Positions 23,197 to 31,840 of a stretch of 64,000 nt of DNA are shown here, piece by piece. Positions within the stretch are counted from its first letter, which is position 1, and each line of letters starts with the position of its first letter. The translations under genes were made by a program, and so were the position numbers. Under the pieces are notes generated by a model that saw nothing but the letters and a program-made list of their open reading frames with translations, did no database searches and was not told the origin of the DNA. Source of the DNA: an uncultured beta proteobacterium. Lineage in GTDB: Bacteria > Pseudomonadota > Gammaproteobacteria > Burkholderiales > SHXO01. The stretch spans positions 18,664 to 82,663 of the forward strand of contig CAVYZA010000023.1 in assembly GCA_963772865.1 (NCBI GenBank), given 5' to 3'.

Positions 23197-23241
23197 AATC
23201 AGTAGACCTATTGCGACACCCCCCATGCTGGCCCACAAAGA

Positions 23242-23269
23242 AAAAGCCGACCTCGAGGGTCGGCTTTTC
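23242..23269. terminator. bidirectional rho-independent terminator
   Basis: AAAAGCCGACC-TCGAG-GGTCGGCTTTT. A-tract and T-tract flank a GC stem, between the convergent MBL-hydrolase and lipoprotein genes. Confidence 0.75.
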
Positions 23270-23290
23270 CCGTGGTCTTCGAGCGGGCTG

Positions 23291-23476
23291 TTACGGCTTC
23301 TTCTCGCCTTCCGGAGCGGGTGTCGCCGGGGGCGCTGCAGCCGGAGCGGAAGCAGCCTCGGGTGCAGGCGCCACAGGGGCGGGAGCGGGCGGGGGAGGCG
23401 GCGCGGCTTCCTCCTTCTTACCGCAAGCGGACAATGTAACGGCCAGGATGGCAGCGGCGATCAGCGCGTGTTTCAT
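23291..23476 (-). CDS. small Pro/Ala-rich lipoprotein
   Basis: 61 aa: MKHALIAAAILAVTLSACGKKEE (lipobox LSAC), then a PAPAP-rich tail. A terminator follows directly downstream. Confidence 0.55.
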   Translation of the reverse strand: MKHALIAAAILAVTLSACGKKEEAAPPPPPAPAPVAPAPEAASAPAAAPPATPAPEGEKKP

Positions 23477-23672
23477 CTAGGTTCCTCGGATTGACGTAGG
23501 TGTGTAGGGGTCAGCGACTTTGTTATGGGCCGGTGCGGCCGGAACTTGCGCCACGTGCCGACTTAGCCGATAAGCATAGCACATCCGGGCGCTATTTCCA
23601 GTGCGGAGCGGCGCTGCCAGCGCCGCTCTAAGCGTATGGCATGCATGCCCGGCGCGCTGTCGCCGAGCAGAG

Positions 23673-24161
23673 TCACAGCCCTATCGTAGTCGCCGAGACC
23701 GCCGGCACCGAGGCCTCCCAGATCTCCTGGAAGCGCTCGAGCAGGCCATGCGCGCCGTGCGCGTCATCCAGCGCCAGCAGCGCGCGCGGCTGATCGTAGT
23801 GGAAACGATGCAGGTAGTCGCGCTCGTCGGCGAGCGCAATCGGATCGCACGCACGCTTACCCTGACCCTCGGTCTCGTGAACCGTGACCGCGTGGGAGAA
23901 CTGCCGCAGCAGGCTCAAGACGCGCGGACAGTCGCGCGCGAGGTTGCCCGCGTCGTGGACCACGACGTACAGCCGGTTTGCCCGGCTGCGCAACAGGAAC
24001 GCCCGCAGCAGCTCGTGACGGTGCAGGCTGTTGTAGCTGGCACTGAGTTGGCGGTCGAAGATCCGCAGCGTGCGCTGCGGGCGAGCGAGCACAACGTCGA
24101 TCGCAGCTTCGTAGTCTTGAATGCCGTCCAGGGCCCGGTGCTGCGGTTCGTTCGTCTCCAC
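23673..24161 (-). CDS. hypothetical protein
   Basis: SD AAGGAG lies 5 nt before GTG 24161, just after the roxA-like stop. 163 aa of non-shadow-like composition (ETNEPQHRALDGIQDYEAAIDVVL..RLYVVVHD). No family recognised. Confidence 0.5.
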   Translation of the reverse strand: METNEPQHRALDGIQDYEAAIDVVLARPQRTLRIFDRQLSASYNSLHRHELLRAFLLRSRANRLYVVVHDAGNLARDCPRVLSLLRQFSHAVTVHETEGQGKRACDPIALADERDYLHRFHYDQPRALLALDDAHGAHGLLERFQEIWEASVPAVSATTIGL

Positions 24162-24171
24162 GAATGCTCCT

Positions 24172-25341
24172 TCAGTGGCTGCGGCGCACGCCGCGCAGAC
24201 CCAGGTAGCCAGCCCGATACCATGCGTGCAGCTGGGCGAACAGCCCCGCTGGATCGCCGTCGACCGGCTGCAGGCAACGCGCATCGGCCAGCTCGCGCAG
24301 GCGGGCGCGCAGGCGCCGGGAGGGTGCACCGCCAGGATTGGCGAAGACCGTATCGCCGTTGATGAACACGGCGCTGCCGTCGTAGAGCATCTGCGTCTTC
24401 AACTCGAGTGCGACTCCGGTGCGTAGCGCTCGCTGCGTGAACGCATGCAAGGACAGGGCCCGGCGCGGCGGCCGGAAGAACACATGCGGCTTGGGTTCGG
24501 TGAGGTGCGAGCCCAGGAAACGCGCCACTTCGGCGCGCGACCAGCGGATGCGGGCGAAGCGCTCGACCGTGGCGTGCAGCAGTTCATGGCTGAGCTTGGC
24601 CGGGTGCGTGGCCGGCTGCAGATCCGGATCGGCATACCGGCCGGCCAGGGCTAGCCGATCCTGCAGATGGGCGAGAAACGCGGCGGCGAGCTCCTGCCAG
24701 GCCGGCGTCCGGAAGCCGACGGAATAGGTCATGCACTCGTCTTCGGCGACACCGTCATGGGCGCAGGCCGGCGGGAGGTAGAGCATGTCGCCGGCGTGCA
24801 GTGTCCATTCCTGCTGCGGACGGAAGTCGGCGAGCAGCTTGAGCGGCGCGTCGGCAACCAGGGCCAGATCGCGCTGGTTGCTGATGCGCCAGCGGCGGCG
24901 CCCCAGGCCTTGCAGCAGGAACACGTCGTAGGAGTCGAAGTGCGGGCCGACTCCGCCGCCGGCCGGGGCGTAGCTCACCATCAGGTCGTCGAGGCGGGCG
25001 TAGGGAATGAAGGCGAAGCGCTGCAGCAGCTCGCGGCCCTGCGCCAGGAAGTGATTGACGTCCTGCACCAGCAGCGTCCAGCCGCGCGCCGGCAAGCGGC
25101 GGAAGAAGCGTGGCGTGAACGGGCCATGCTGCACTTCCCAATGCTGTGCGCGCCGGATCACGACCCGCGATTCCACTTCGTCGCGGCAGGCGAGCGCCAT
25201 CAACTCGCCTGGGGACAGCAGACCGGTGAAGCCGCCGATGGCGCCGCGCACGAGCAGCGGGCGCTTCTGCCAGTGGTGGTCCAGGAAACGGCTGGGCGTG
25301 AGCCCGCCTAGCAATGCAGTCGGTCGATCATGCAGCTTCAT
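24172..25341 (-). CDS. roxA: cupin/JmjC ribosomal oxygenase (RoxA/YcfD-like)
   Basis: Collinear with E. coli YcfD as I recall it: FLDHHWQKRPLLVRG, LLVQDVNHF, DDLMVSYAPAGGGVGPHFDSYDVFLLQGLGRRRWRI, GDMLYLPP..HDG, YSVGFRTP. Confidence 0.75.
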   Translation of the reverse strand: MKLHDRPTALLGGLTPSRFLDHHWQKRPLLVRGAIGGFTGLLSPGELMALACRDEVESRVVIRRAQHWEVQHGPFTPRFFRRLPARGWTLLVQDVNHFLAQGRELLQRFAFIPYARLDDLMVSYAPAGGGVGPHFDSYDVFLLQGLGRRRWRISNQRDLALVADAPLKLLADFRPQQEWTLHAGDMLYLPPACAHDGVAEDECMTYSVGFRTPAWQELAAAFLAHLQDRLALAGRYADPDLQPATHPAKLSHELLHATVERFARIRWSRAEVARFLGSHLTEPKPHVFFRPPRRALSLHAFTQRALRTGVALELKTQMLYDGSAVFINGDTVFANPGGAPSRRLRARLRELADARCLQPVDGDPAGLFAQLHAWYRAGYLGLRGVRRSH

Positions 25342-25372
25342 GCGCTGATTATATGCAGCGGTCCAACGGCAA

Positions 25373-25419
25373 TTGCGTGTCAGGGGCGATTTGCGTGTCA
25401 AGGTGCAACTTGCGTGTCA
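25373..25419 (+). promoter_or_regulatory. three direct TTGCGTGTCA repeats in the roxA/bcp divergent intergenic region
   Basis: TTGCGTGTCA at 25373, 25391 and 25410 (spacing 18 and 19 bp). A TAGAAT -10-like hexamer is at 25431..25436, upstream of bcp. Confidence 0.45.
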
Positions 25420-25483
25420 AGCAAATCGGTTAGAATCATCCGCGCCCCCGCAACGCCAAGCGCGCCACCGACCGAACACAGGT

Positions 25484-25951
25484 ATGTTGAAAGCAGGCGA
25501 TCCCGCCCCGGCGTTCGAGCTGCCGGATTCGGAGATGGAACTGGTCAGCCTGTCCCGGTTCAAAGGCTCGAAGACCGTCGTCCTGTACTTCTATCCGAAA
25601 GACGACACGCCGGGCTGCACGCTGGAGGCCATCGACTTCAGCGAGCTGGAAGATGCGTTCAGCGGCCTGAACGCCGTGGTGCTCGGTGTGAGCATGGACG
25701 ACTGCATGAGCCACGGGACGTTTCGCGACAAGCACGGCATCAGCGTGGAGCTGCTCGCGGACACCGAGGGCGACGTGTGCCGCAGCTATGACGTTCTCCA
25801 GCACAAGGAAGTGGAAGGCAAGCGCCGGACCGGCATCCAGCGCTCGACCTTCGTGATCGACTCCAGCGGCGTGGTGCGCCACGCGCTCTACGGCGTGGCT
25901 CCGCGCGGCCACGCGGCAGAAGTTCTGAACTTGTTGAAAAGGATGGCTTGA
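25484..25951 (+). CDS. bcp: thiol peroxidase / peroxiredoxin Bcp
   Basis: MLKAGDPAPAFELPD, VVLYFYPKDDTPGCTLEA, GVSMD, RSTFVID. Confidence 0.88.
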   Translation: MLKAGDPAPAFELPDSEMELVSLSRFKGSKTVVLYFYPKDDTPGCTLEAIDFSELEDAFSGLNAVVLGVSMDDCMSHGTFRDKHGISVELLADTEGDVCRSYDVLQHKEVEGKRRTGIQRSTFVIDSSGVVRHALYGVAPRGHAAEVLNLLKRMA

Positions 25952-26433
25952 ACGTGCAGATCGGAAAGAACACGGTGGTCTCGCTGACCTACCAGCTGAG
26001 TGGCTCGGAGGGCAACACGATCGAGCAGGCCGACCAGCCCTTGACCTACCTGCACGGCGGCTACGACGGCATCTTCCCGCGGGTGGAGCAGGCGCTGGAG
26101 GGAAGGGAGGTGGGCTACGCGTGTGAGGTGCAGCTTACGCCGGAGGACGCGTTCGGAGAATACGAGGAAGAACTGGTGCGGATCGAGCCGCGCAAGGTGT
26201 TCCCGCCGAACCTCAAGGTGGGCATGCAGTTCGAGGGCAGCTCGGAGGAATCCGGCGAGTCACGCATCTACACGGTGACCGATATCGCCGAGGACAAGGT
26301 GGTCGTGGACGGGAATCATCCTCTCGCCGGGCAGACCGTGGTGTTCTCGTGCACGGTCACCGAAGTGCGCGCCGCCAGCGCGGAAGAGCTCGCCCATGGC
26401 CATGTGCACGGCGCCCACGGCCATCATCACTAG
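25948..26433 (+). CDS. slyD: FKBP-type peptidyl-prolyl isomerase SlyD-like with His-rich tail
   Basis: VVSLTYQL, LTYLHGGYDGIFPRVEQALEG, HPLAGQTVVFSCTVTEVR, and C-terminal HGHVHGAHGHHH. Non-ATG start. Confidence 0.8.
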   Translation: MNVQIGKNTVVSLTYQLSGSEGNTIEQADQPLTYLHGGYDGIFPRVEQALEGREVGYACEVQLTPEDAFGEYEEELVRIEPRKVFPPNLKVGMQFEGSSEESGESRIYTVTDIAEDKVVVDGNHPLAGQTVVFSCTVTEVRAASAEELAHGHVHGAHGHHH

Positions 26434-26445
26434 GCATCAGAGCTT

Positions 26446-26627
26446 CACCGCAAAGGCGCGAAGGCGCAAGGTAAGTCCCCTACGTGGCGGCGCAATTGTC
26501 GCAGTGAAAGCGTACCGGGACGTTGGCCCGCGGGTGAGGCGACAATTTGGTCGCTTCAAGCTCGGCCGCATTGAAAGTTTTTGCTGGAGCTTTGCGGCTC
26601 CTTTGCGTCTTTGCGCCTTTGCGGTCC
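26446..26627. repeat. GCAAAG-type inverted-repeat intergenic element, copy 4
   Basis: Left arm CACCGCAAAGGCGCGAAGGCGCAAGG. Right arm GCTTTGCGGCTCCTTTGCGTCTTTGCGCCTTTGCGGTCC. The core contains CATTGAAA, as in copy 3. Confidence 0.75.
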
Positions 26628-26642
26628 TCGCCTAACTAGGCT

Positions 26643-27823
26643 TTAAGCCACCGGCGTCGTATCAGCCGCGGCAGCGGCTTCACCCTTCGCACTCAGCTTG
26701 CGCGAGTTGCGGTCGTCGCGGAACACGATCGGCTTGACGTTGGCCGGCAAGGCCGGTTTCTGCGCCTTGGCCACCACCTCCGTAACGAGGTTGTGGTGCG
26801 GTGACAGGTCGCAGACCGGATCGGTGTTGGTCGCATCGCCCGTGAGCATGAAGGCCTGGCAGCGGCAGCCGCCCAGGTCCTTTTCTTTCTCCGGACAGGT
26901 GCGGCACGGCTCCTTCATCCAGCCGTCGCCCCGATAGGCGTTGAAGCCGGGCGACTCTTCCCAGATCCAGCGCAGGTCGTGATCGCGCACGTTGGGGAAG
27001 GTGAGTCCCGGCAGCATGCGCGCCTCGTGGCACGGCAAGCGCCAGTCCGTCGGCGGTGATGTTGAGGAACGTGGTTGCCCCAGCCGTTCATGCACTTCTT
27101 CGGCCGGTTGGCGTAGTAGTCGGGAACGACGAAGTAGAGCTTCATCTTGTTGCCGACGCGGGCGCGGAACTGGTTGGTGATCTCCTCGGCCCGCACCAGC
27201 TGTTCGTGGCTCGGCAGCAGCTGGTCGCGATTCACCAGCGCCCAGGCGTAGTACTGCGTGTTGGCGAGCTCGACGTGCTCGGCGCCCATCGCCTCGGCCA
27301 TCTCCAGGATCTGCTGGATATGGTCGATGTTCATCCGGTGCAGCACGACGTTGAGCACCATTGGGTAGTCGTACTGCTTGATGAGCTTGGCGACCTTCGA
27401 CTTCAGCTCGAAGGTCTTGGTGCTGGACAGGAAATCGTTCATCTCCCGCGTCGAGTCCTGGAACGAGAGCTGGATCTGGCCTAGTCCTCCTTCCTTGAAC
27501 GCGGCGATGCGCTTCTCGGTCAGCCCGATGCCGGAGGTGATGAGGTTGACGTAGTAGCCGAGCCGGCTCGCTTCCGCGGCCATGATCTCAACATCGTCGC
27601 GCATCAGCGGCTCGCCGCCCGAGAGGCCCAGCTGCACGGCGCCCAGCTCGCGGGCCTGGCGCAACGCGCGCAGCCACTCTTCGGTGGTCAGTTCCGGGCC
27701 GTACTGCGTGTAGTCCGTCGGGTTGTAGCAGAACACGCAGTGCAACGGGCACTTGTACGTGATCTCGGCGTTGACCCAGAGCGGATTACCGATTTTCCTT
27801 GGTTCGGATCCAGCCTTTTCCAT
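26643..27823 (-). CDS. pqqE: PQQ biosynthesis radical SAM protein PqqE (one frameshift near 27065)
   Basis: [18 protein letters not shown] (CxxxCxxC), LGLSGGEPL, and the SPASM region [19 protein letters not shown] in the second frame. Confidence 0.9.
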
Positions 27824-28079
27824 GGGCGATCTCCAAAAATTCCATCACGTCGCCGCGCAGGTCGACTCCGGGGAAGGCCGTTTCCAGTTCCTGCACGATC
27901 TGCTCCGCGCTGCGGGTCCCGTCCAGGCGTTTCATGATCTCGCCGGCGCTGCCCGGCAGCTTGACCATGCCTTCGGGATAGAGCAGGACGAACGACTGCT
28001 GGGCCTCCTCCCATTGGAAGCGGTATTGACGATGTAGTTCCAGCGGCGTCCCGAGCGGAAGAGGAAGGCGTTCGCTCAC
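27786..28079 (-). CDS. pqqD: PQQ biosynthesis peptide chaperone PqqD
   Basis: SD AAGGAG plus GTG 28079. FQWEEAQQSFVLLYPEGMVKLPGSAGEIMKRLDGTRSAEQIV. Position between pqqC and pqqE. Confidence 0.85.
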   Translation of the reverse strand: MSERLPLPLGTPLELHRQYRFQWEEAQQSFVLLYPEGMVKLPGSAGEIMKRLDGTRSAEQIVQELETAFPGVDLRGDVMEFLEIAHGKGWIRTKENR

Positions 28080-28089
28080 GCAGGCTCCT

Positions 28090-28821
28090 TCAGCGCTTGG
28101 GGCCCATGCCCAGGTTGACCTGCATCGAGTCGAGCATCGACCACAGCACGTCGAGCTTGAACTGCAAGATGTCGAGCGCGCGCTCCTGCTGCTCGCGGGT
28201 ACGGTAGTGGTCGAGCGTGAAGTTGAGCGCGAACTGGACGTCGCGGCGCGCCTCGGCCAGGCGCTTACGGAAGTAGAAGTACCCGTCCTTGTCGATCCAC
28301 GGGTAGTGCTCCGGCCAGGTGTCCAGGCGCTTCTGGTGGATCTCGGGCGCGAACAGCTCGGTGAGCGAAGAGGTGACAGCCTCCTGCCAGGGGCGGGTGC
28401 GCCCGAAGTTGATGTAGGCGTCCACCGCGAAGCGCACGCCCGGCAGCACGTGCTTGAGCGAGGTGACGTCTTCGCGCTTGAGCCCGACTGCTTCGGCGAG
28501 ACGCAGCCAGGCTTCGATACCGCCCTCGTCGCCACGCTGGCCGTCGTGGTCGATGATGCGCTGGATCCACTCGCGCCGCACGTCCCGGTCCGGGCAGTTG
28601 GACATGATCGCCGCGTCCTTCAGCGGAATCGCGGTCTGGTAATAGAAGCGATTGATCACCCAGCCCTGAACTTGCTCCTTGGTGCAGCCCCCGCCGTTCA
28701 TGGCGATGTGGAACGGGTGATAGATGTGATAGCGGCTGCCCTTGGCGCGCAGCTGTGCCTCGAATTCCTCGCGGGTCCAGGGCTTCTCACCCCCGCGTTG
28801 TACGTTTTCTGGTGCGCCCAT
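28090..28821 (-). CDS. pqqC: pyrroloquinoline-quinone synthase PqqC
   Basis: Intact 243-aa ORF: [33 protein letters not shown]. Confidence 0.92.
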   Translation of the reverse strand: MGAPENVQRGGEKPWTREEFEAQLRAKGSRYHIYHPFHIAMNGGGCTKEQVQGWVINRFYYQTAIPLKDAAIMSNCPDRDVRREWIQRIIDHDGQRGDEGGIEAWLRLAEAVGLKREDVTSLKHVLPGVRFAVDAYINFGRTRPWQEAVTSSLTELFAPEIHQKRLDTWPEHYPWIDKDGYFYFRKRLAEARRDVQFALNFTLDHYRTREQQERALDILQFKLDVLWSMLDSMQVNLGMGPKR

Positions 28822-28842
28822 GGCGCTCTCCTTGGAAGCTCT

Positions 28843-29758
28843 TTACAGCTCGATGTCCATGCCGTCGTAGGCGACTTCGATCCCCGCGCGCGCCAGCTGC
28901 GCGCGCTCGGGCGAATCCTCATTCAGGATGGGATTGGTGTTGTTGATGTGGATCAAGATTTTGCGCTTGGCTTTGAGCGGCTGCAGCACGCTGATCATGC
29001 CGCCCTCGCCGGACTGCGGCAGGTGGCCGATGTCGCGCGCGCGCTTGCTGGAGATGCCCAGGCCCACCATCTCGTCGTCGGTCCAGAAGGTCCCGTCCAC
29101 CATCACCGCGTCGGCCTGAGCGAGCAACGGCTGCAGGTGCGGCTCGATTTCGCCCAGCCCGGGAGCATAGAACACCTGGTGGCCGGTGCGCGTATCGGTG
29201 ATGCGCATGCCGATGTTGTCGCCCTCGTGCGGGTTGTCGCGATGCGGGGAGTAGGGCGGCGCCTTGCTCTTGAGCGCCACGCTGGTGAAGCGCAGATGCT
29301 CGATGCCGTCGACCGCGAAGTCGTTGCCGGGCTCGATCGGGAGGCGATGCCAGTTGACGCGGCAGTAGTGATTCAGGATGTGGAACAGCGGATTGCCGGT
29401 GGTCAGATCCTCGTGGACCATGTCGGTGCACCAGATCTCCAGCGGCTTGCCCTCGCGCAGCATCAGCAGGCCGGTGGTGTGGTCGATCTGGCCGTCGACC
29501 AGGACGATGGCGCGGATGCCGGTGTCGCGGATCCCGCGGCCGGGCTGCAGGGCGGGGAAGCCCTTGATCTGGGCGAGCACGTCGGGCGAGGCGTTGAACA
29601 GCACCCAGTCGACGCCGTTGCTCGACACCGCGATCGAGGATTGCGTGCGGGGCAGCGGCGCGAATGCTGCCCTTGCGCACACCGTCGCAATTACGGCAGT
29701 TGCAGTTCCATTGCGGGAAACCGCCGCCCGCTGCAGCTCCGAGGACGCGAATGCGCAT
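28843..29758 (-). CDS. pqqB: PQQ biosynthesis protein PqqB (one frameshift near 29660)
   Basis: [24 protein letters not shown] in one frame. [41 protein letters not shown] in the other. Confidence 0.9.
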
Positions 29759-29785
29759 GAGTCAGGTTTTGTGTAGCCCAATAAC

Positions 29786-29816
29786 GACGAAAGCCCCAGC
29801 GATCGGGGCTTTCGTC
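29786..29816 (-). terminator. stem-loop between pqqA and pqqB (attenuator or partial terminator)
   Basis: GACGAAAGCCCC-N7-GGGGCTTTCGTC: a 12-bp perfect stem 17 nt after the pqqA stop. Confidence 0.55.
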
Positions 29817-29832
29817 CCAACCGCGCTGGTGC

Positions 29833-29904
29833 TTAGCGGTTGTAGATGTACATCGTCACTTCGAAGCCGAAGCGCATTTCGGTGAATTCAGGCTTGGTCC
29901 ACAT
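29833..29904 (-). CDS. pqqA: PQQ precursor peptide PqqA (23 aa), copy 1
   Basis: Read by hand; not in the ORF track. GGAGAAGACT-ATG, then [23 protein letters not shown] with the conserved E-x3-Y (EVTMY), directly upstream of pqqB. Confidence 0.9.
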   Translation of the reverse strand: MWTKPEFTEMRFGFEVTMYIYNR

Positions 29905-30098
29905 AGTCTTCTCCAGAAAAGATATGGGTTATCATTTGCGATTGCGGTCGATGCCGCTGGCCACGATCGCCTCGAGGGAGCCGGTTGCTTGACCTCGAGC
30001 CACCTGCACCGGCCCAAAGTACAAACCAATCAACCGCGCTCTCACGTATTGTCCGTGACGGCCGTGCGGGGTTCACACAGCAATATCAGCAATTGCGG

Positions 30099-30115
30099 CT
30101 CATGATTTTCATGAG
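30099..30115. promoter_or_regulatory. 17-bp palindrome CTCATGAAAATCATGAG (minus-strand reading) upstream of pqqA copy 1
   Basis: The plus strand reads CTCATGATTTTCATGAG. Its reverse complement is identical to the site at 35232..35248. It lies about 195 nt upstream of pqqA copy 1, in the pqqA/tonB divergent region. Confidence 0.5.
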
Positions 30116-30223
30116 ATTGTGACACGCAGGCGGGGGCTGCTGTGTCTATCAGCTATCCCGGCAAACTGCCGAAATTGAATCTGTACCCCGTGTGCGCAGT
30201 CCATGCCATGAACACTTCAACCG

Positions 30224-31825
30224 TTGCACATCGTGTCGACCGCCACCACTGCCATTGATCCCTTCTTCCCGAACGGCTCGCTGCAGCCGTGGTACCAGGA
30301 ACGGCCCCTGGTGGTGGCGTTCGTGGTGTCGGTCTTGCTGCACGCATTGGCACTCCTGTTCCTGCCGGGCCTGCGGCCGCAGTTGCCTGAGGAGAAGACG
30401 CTGACGGTGGAGCTGGCCCCGGCGCAGCTCGAGCCAGCTCCGACGCCGGCCCGCGAGCCGGAGACGCGCAAGCCGGCGCCCAAGCCTGTCGCACCGCAGC
30501 GTCCGCAGCTTGTACAGCGGGCCACTCCCACGCCGCAACCGCAGCAGCGACGGCCTGAACCCCAGCCTCAGCCGGTGCCGATACAGGCGACACCGCAAAT
30601 CACTGCGCCGCCCACGCAGCCGGTGGAGCCGGTCGCACGCGTGGAGCGCCCGGAACTGCGGCAGGAGCCGAGGGTGCAGCCGCAGGCGCGTCCGGCGCCA
30701 CGACCGGAACAGCCACCGGTCCAGCGTTCTGAGCCGCGCATCGAGCCGCGGCGCGACGTGCCCGTTGCCGCGCCCCAGCCCCGGCCGGAGATTGCGCCTC
30801 CCGTAGAGCGCTCCACACCCAAGATCGAACCGCGCGCTGAACCACGGCCGGAGGTGCGTCCGGAGCCACGCATCCAGCCTCAGATTCAGCAGCAGGTGAT
30901 GGCGGTCCCCACGCCCCCGAATGCTCGTCCTGACCTGCAGGCTGAGCCACCCCGGCCGGAGCCGCGGGCCGAGACCTCCAGGGTGCAGCCACGCCTCGAG
31001 CCGAGCCCACAGGCCCGCCCCGAGCCACGCCCGCAACCACAGGTGAGTCCAGTGGCGCCGCCGGTTGCGCGTACCGAGCCGCAAATTGAGAACCGGCGGC
31101 CAGAGCCGCGCGTCGATGTCGCGCGCGCTGAGCCACGCGTCGAGCCGCAGCCCCAGGTGCGTCCCGAGCCGCGCCCGCAGCAGCCGGTCAGCCCTGCAGC
31201 GGCGCCTGTCGCGCGCGCGGAGCCGCGCGTCGAACCGACGCGGGAGGCGCCTTCTGTCGGAGTACCCAGTCAACCGAAGGCCGAGGTGACCCCGGTACCG
31301 CGCGCAGAGCCGACGATCCAGCCGCGCCCTGCCGCTGCCCCGGTCCAGCCGGTGCAGCGTTCACAGGCCGCTGTTGCGCCGCCGACCGCGGAACCGGCGC
31401 CGGTGGAAGCGGCTCCCGGGCCCCCCCGTCCTGTTACCGCCCCGGTGTCGGCGGCCCCGCCGGCGCCGCCACTCAGACCCAGCGTTCCGAAAGAGCGACC
31501 CAACAACGATGCGGACGCCATCTCACGCTTTGCACTGGAGATCCAGTCGCGCGTGGGGCGCCTCGTGAAGGATCGCGGTGACGCCGCGTATCCACGGCTG
31601 GCGCGCGATCGGCGCTGGGAAGGTACCAGCCACGTGCGCGTGGAGTTCATGCCCGGCGGCAAGGTCAAGAGCATCGCGGTCAACACCAGCAGCGGCTATG
31701 CGGTGCTGGACCAGCGCGCGCTCGAGATGGTGAAGGAAGTCATGCCGAAGGTACCCGACGAGCTGCGCGACCGCGAGTTCTCGGTGCGCTTCCCGATCGT
31801 GTTCAAGCTGGTGGAAAAGCGCTAG
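30224..31825 (+). CDS. TonB-family energy transducer with very long Pro-rich spacer
   Basis: N-terminal TM segment VVAFVVSVLLHALALLFLPG. About 350 aa of EPRP/PQP-type repeats. C-terminal TonB domain YPRLARDRRWEGTSHVRVEFMPGGKVKSIAVNTSSGYAVLDQRALEMVK. Non-ATG start. Confidence 0.8.
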   Translation: MHIVSTATTAIDPFFPNGSLQPWYQERPLVVAFVVSVLLHALALLFLPGLRPQLPEEKTLTVELAPAQLEPAPTPAREPETRKPAPKPVAPQRPQLVQRATPTPQPQQRRPEPQPQPVPIQATPQITAPPTQPVEPVARVERPELRQEPRVQPQARPAPRPEQPPVQRSEPRIEPRRDVPVAAPQPRPEIAPPVERSTPKIEPRAEPRPEVRPEPRIQPQIQQQVMAVPTPPNARPDLQAEPPRPEPRAETSRVQPRLEPSPQARPEPRPQPQVSPVAPPVARTEPQIENRRPEPRVDVARAEPRVEPQPQVRPEPRPQQPVSPAAAPVARAEPRVEPTREAPSVGVPSQPKAEVTPVPRAEPTIQPRPAAAPVQPVQRSQAAVAPPTAEPAPVEAAPGPPRPVTAPVSAAPPAPPLRPSVPKERPNNDADAISRFALEIQSRVGRLVKDRGDAAYPRLARDRRWEGTSHVRVEFMPGGKVKSIAVNTSSGYAVLDQRALEMVKEVMPKVPDELRDREFSVRFPIVFKLVEKR

Positions 31826-31840
31826 CCAGCAACCCCGACG

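Noticed and set aside
29888-30076. 62-aa minus-strand ORF upstream of and overlapping pqqA
   Set aside because: It overlaps pqqA in another frame, has no SD, and has an Arg/Gly/Ser-rich composition. It lies in the pqqA promoter region.
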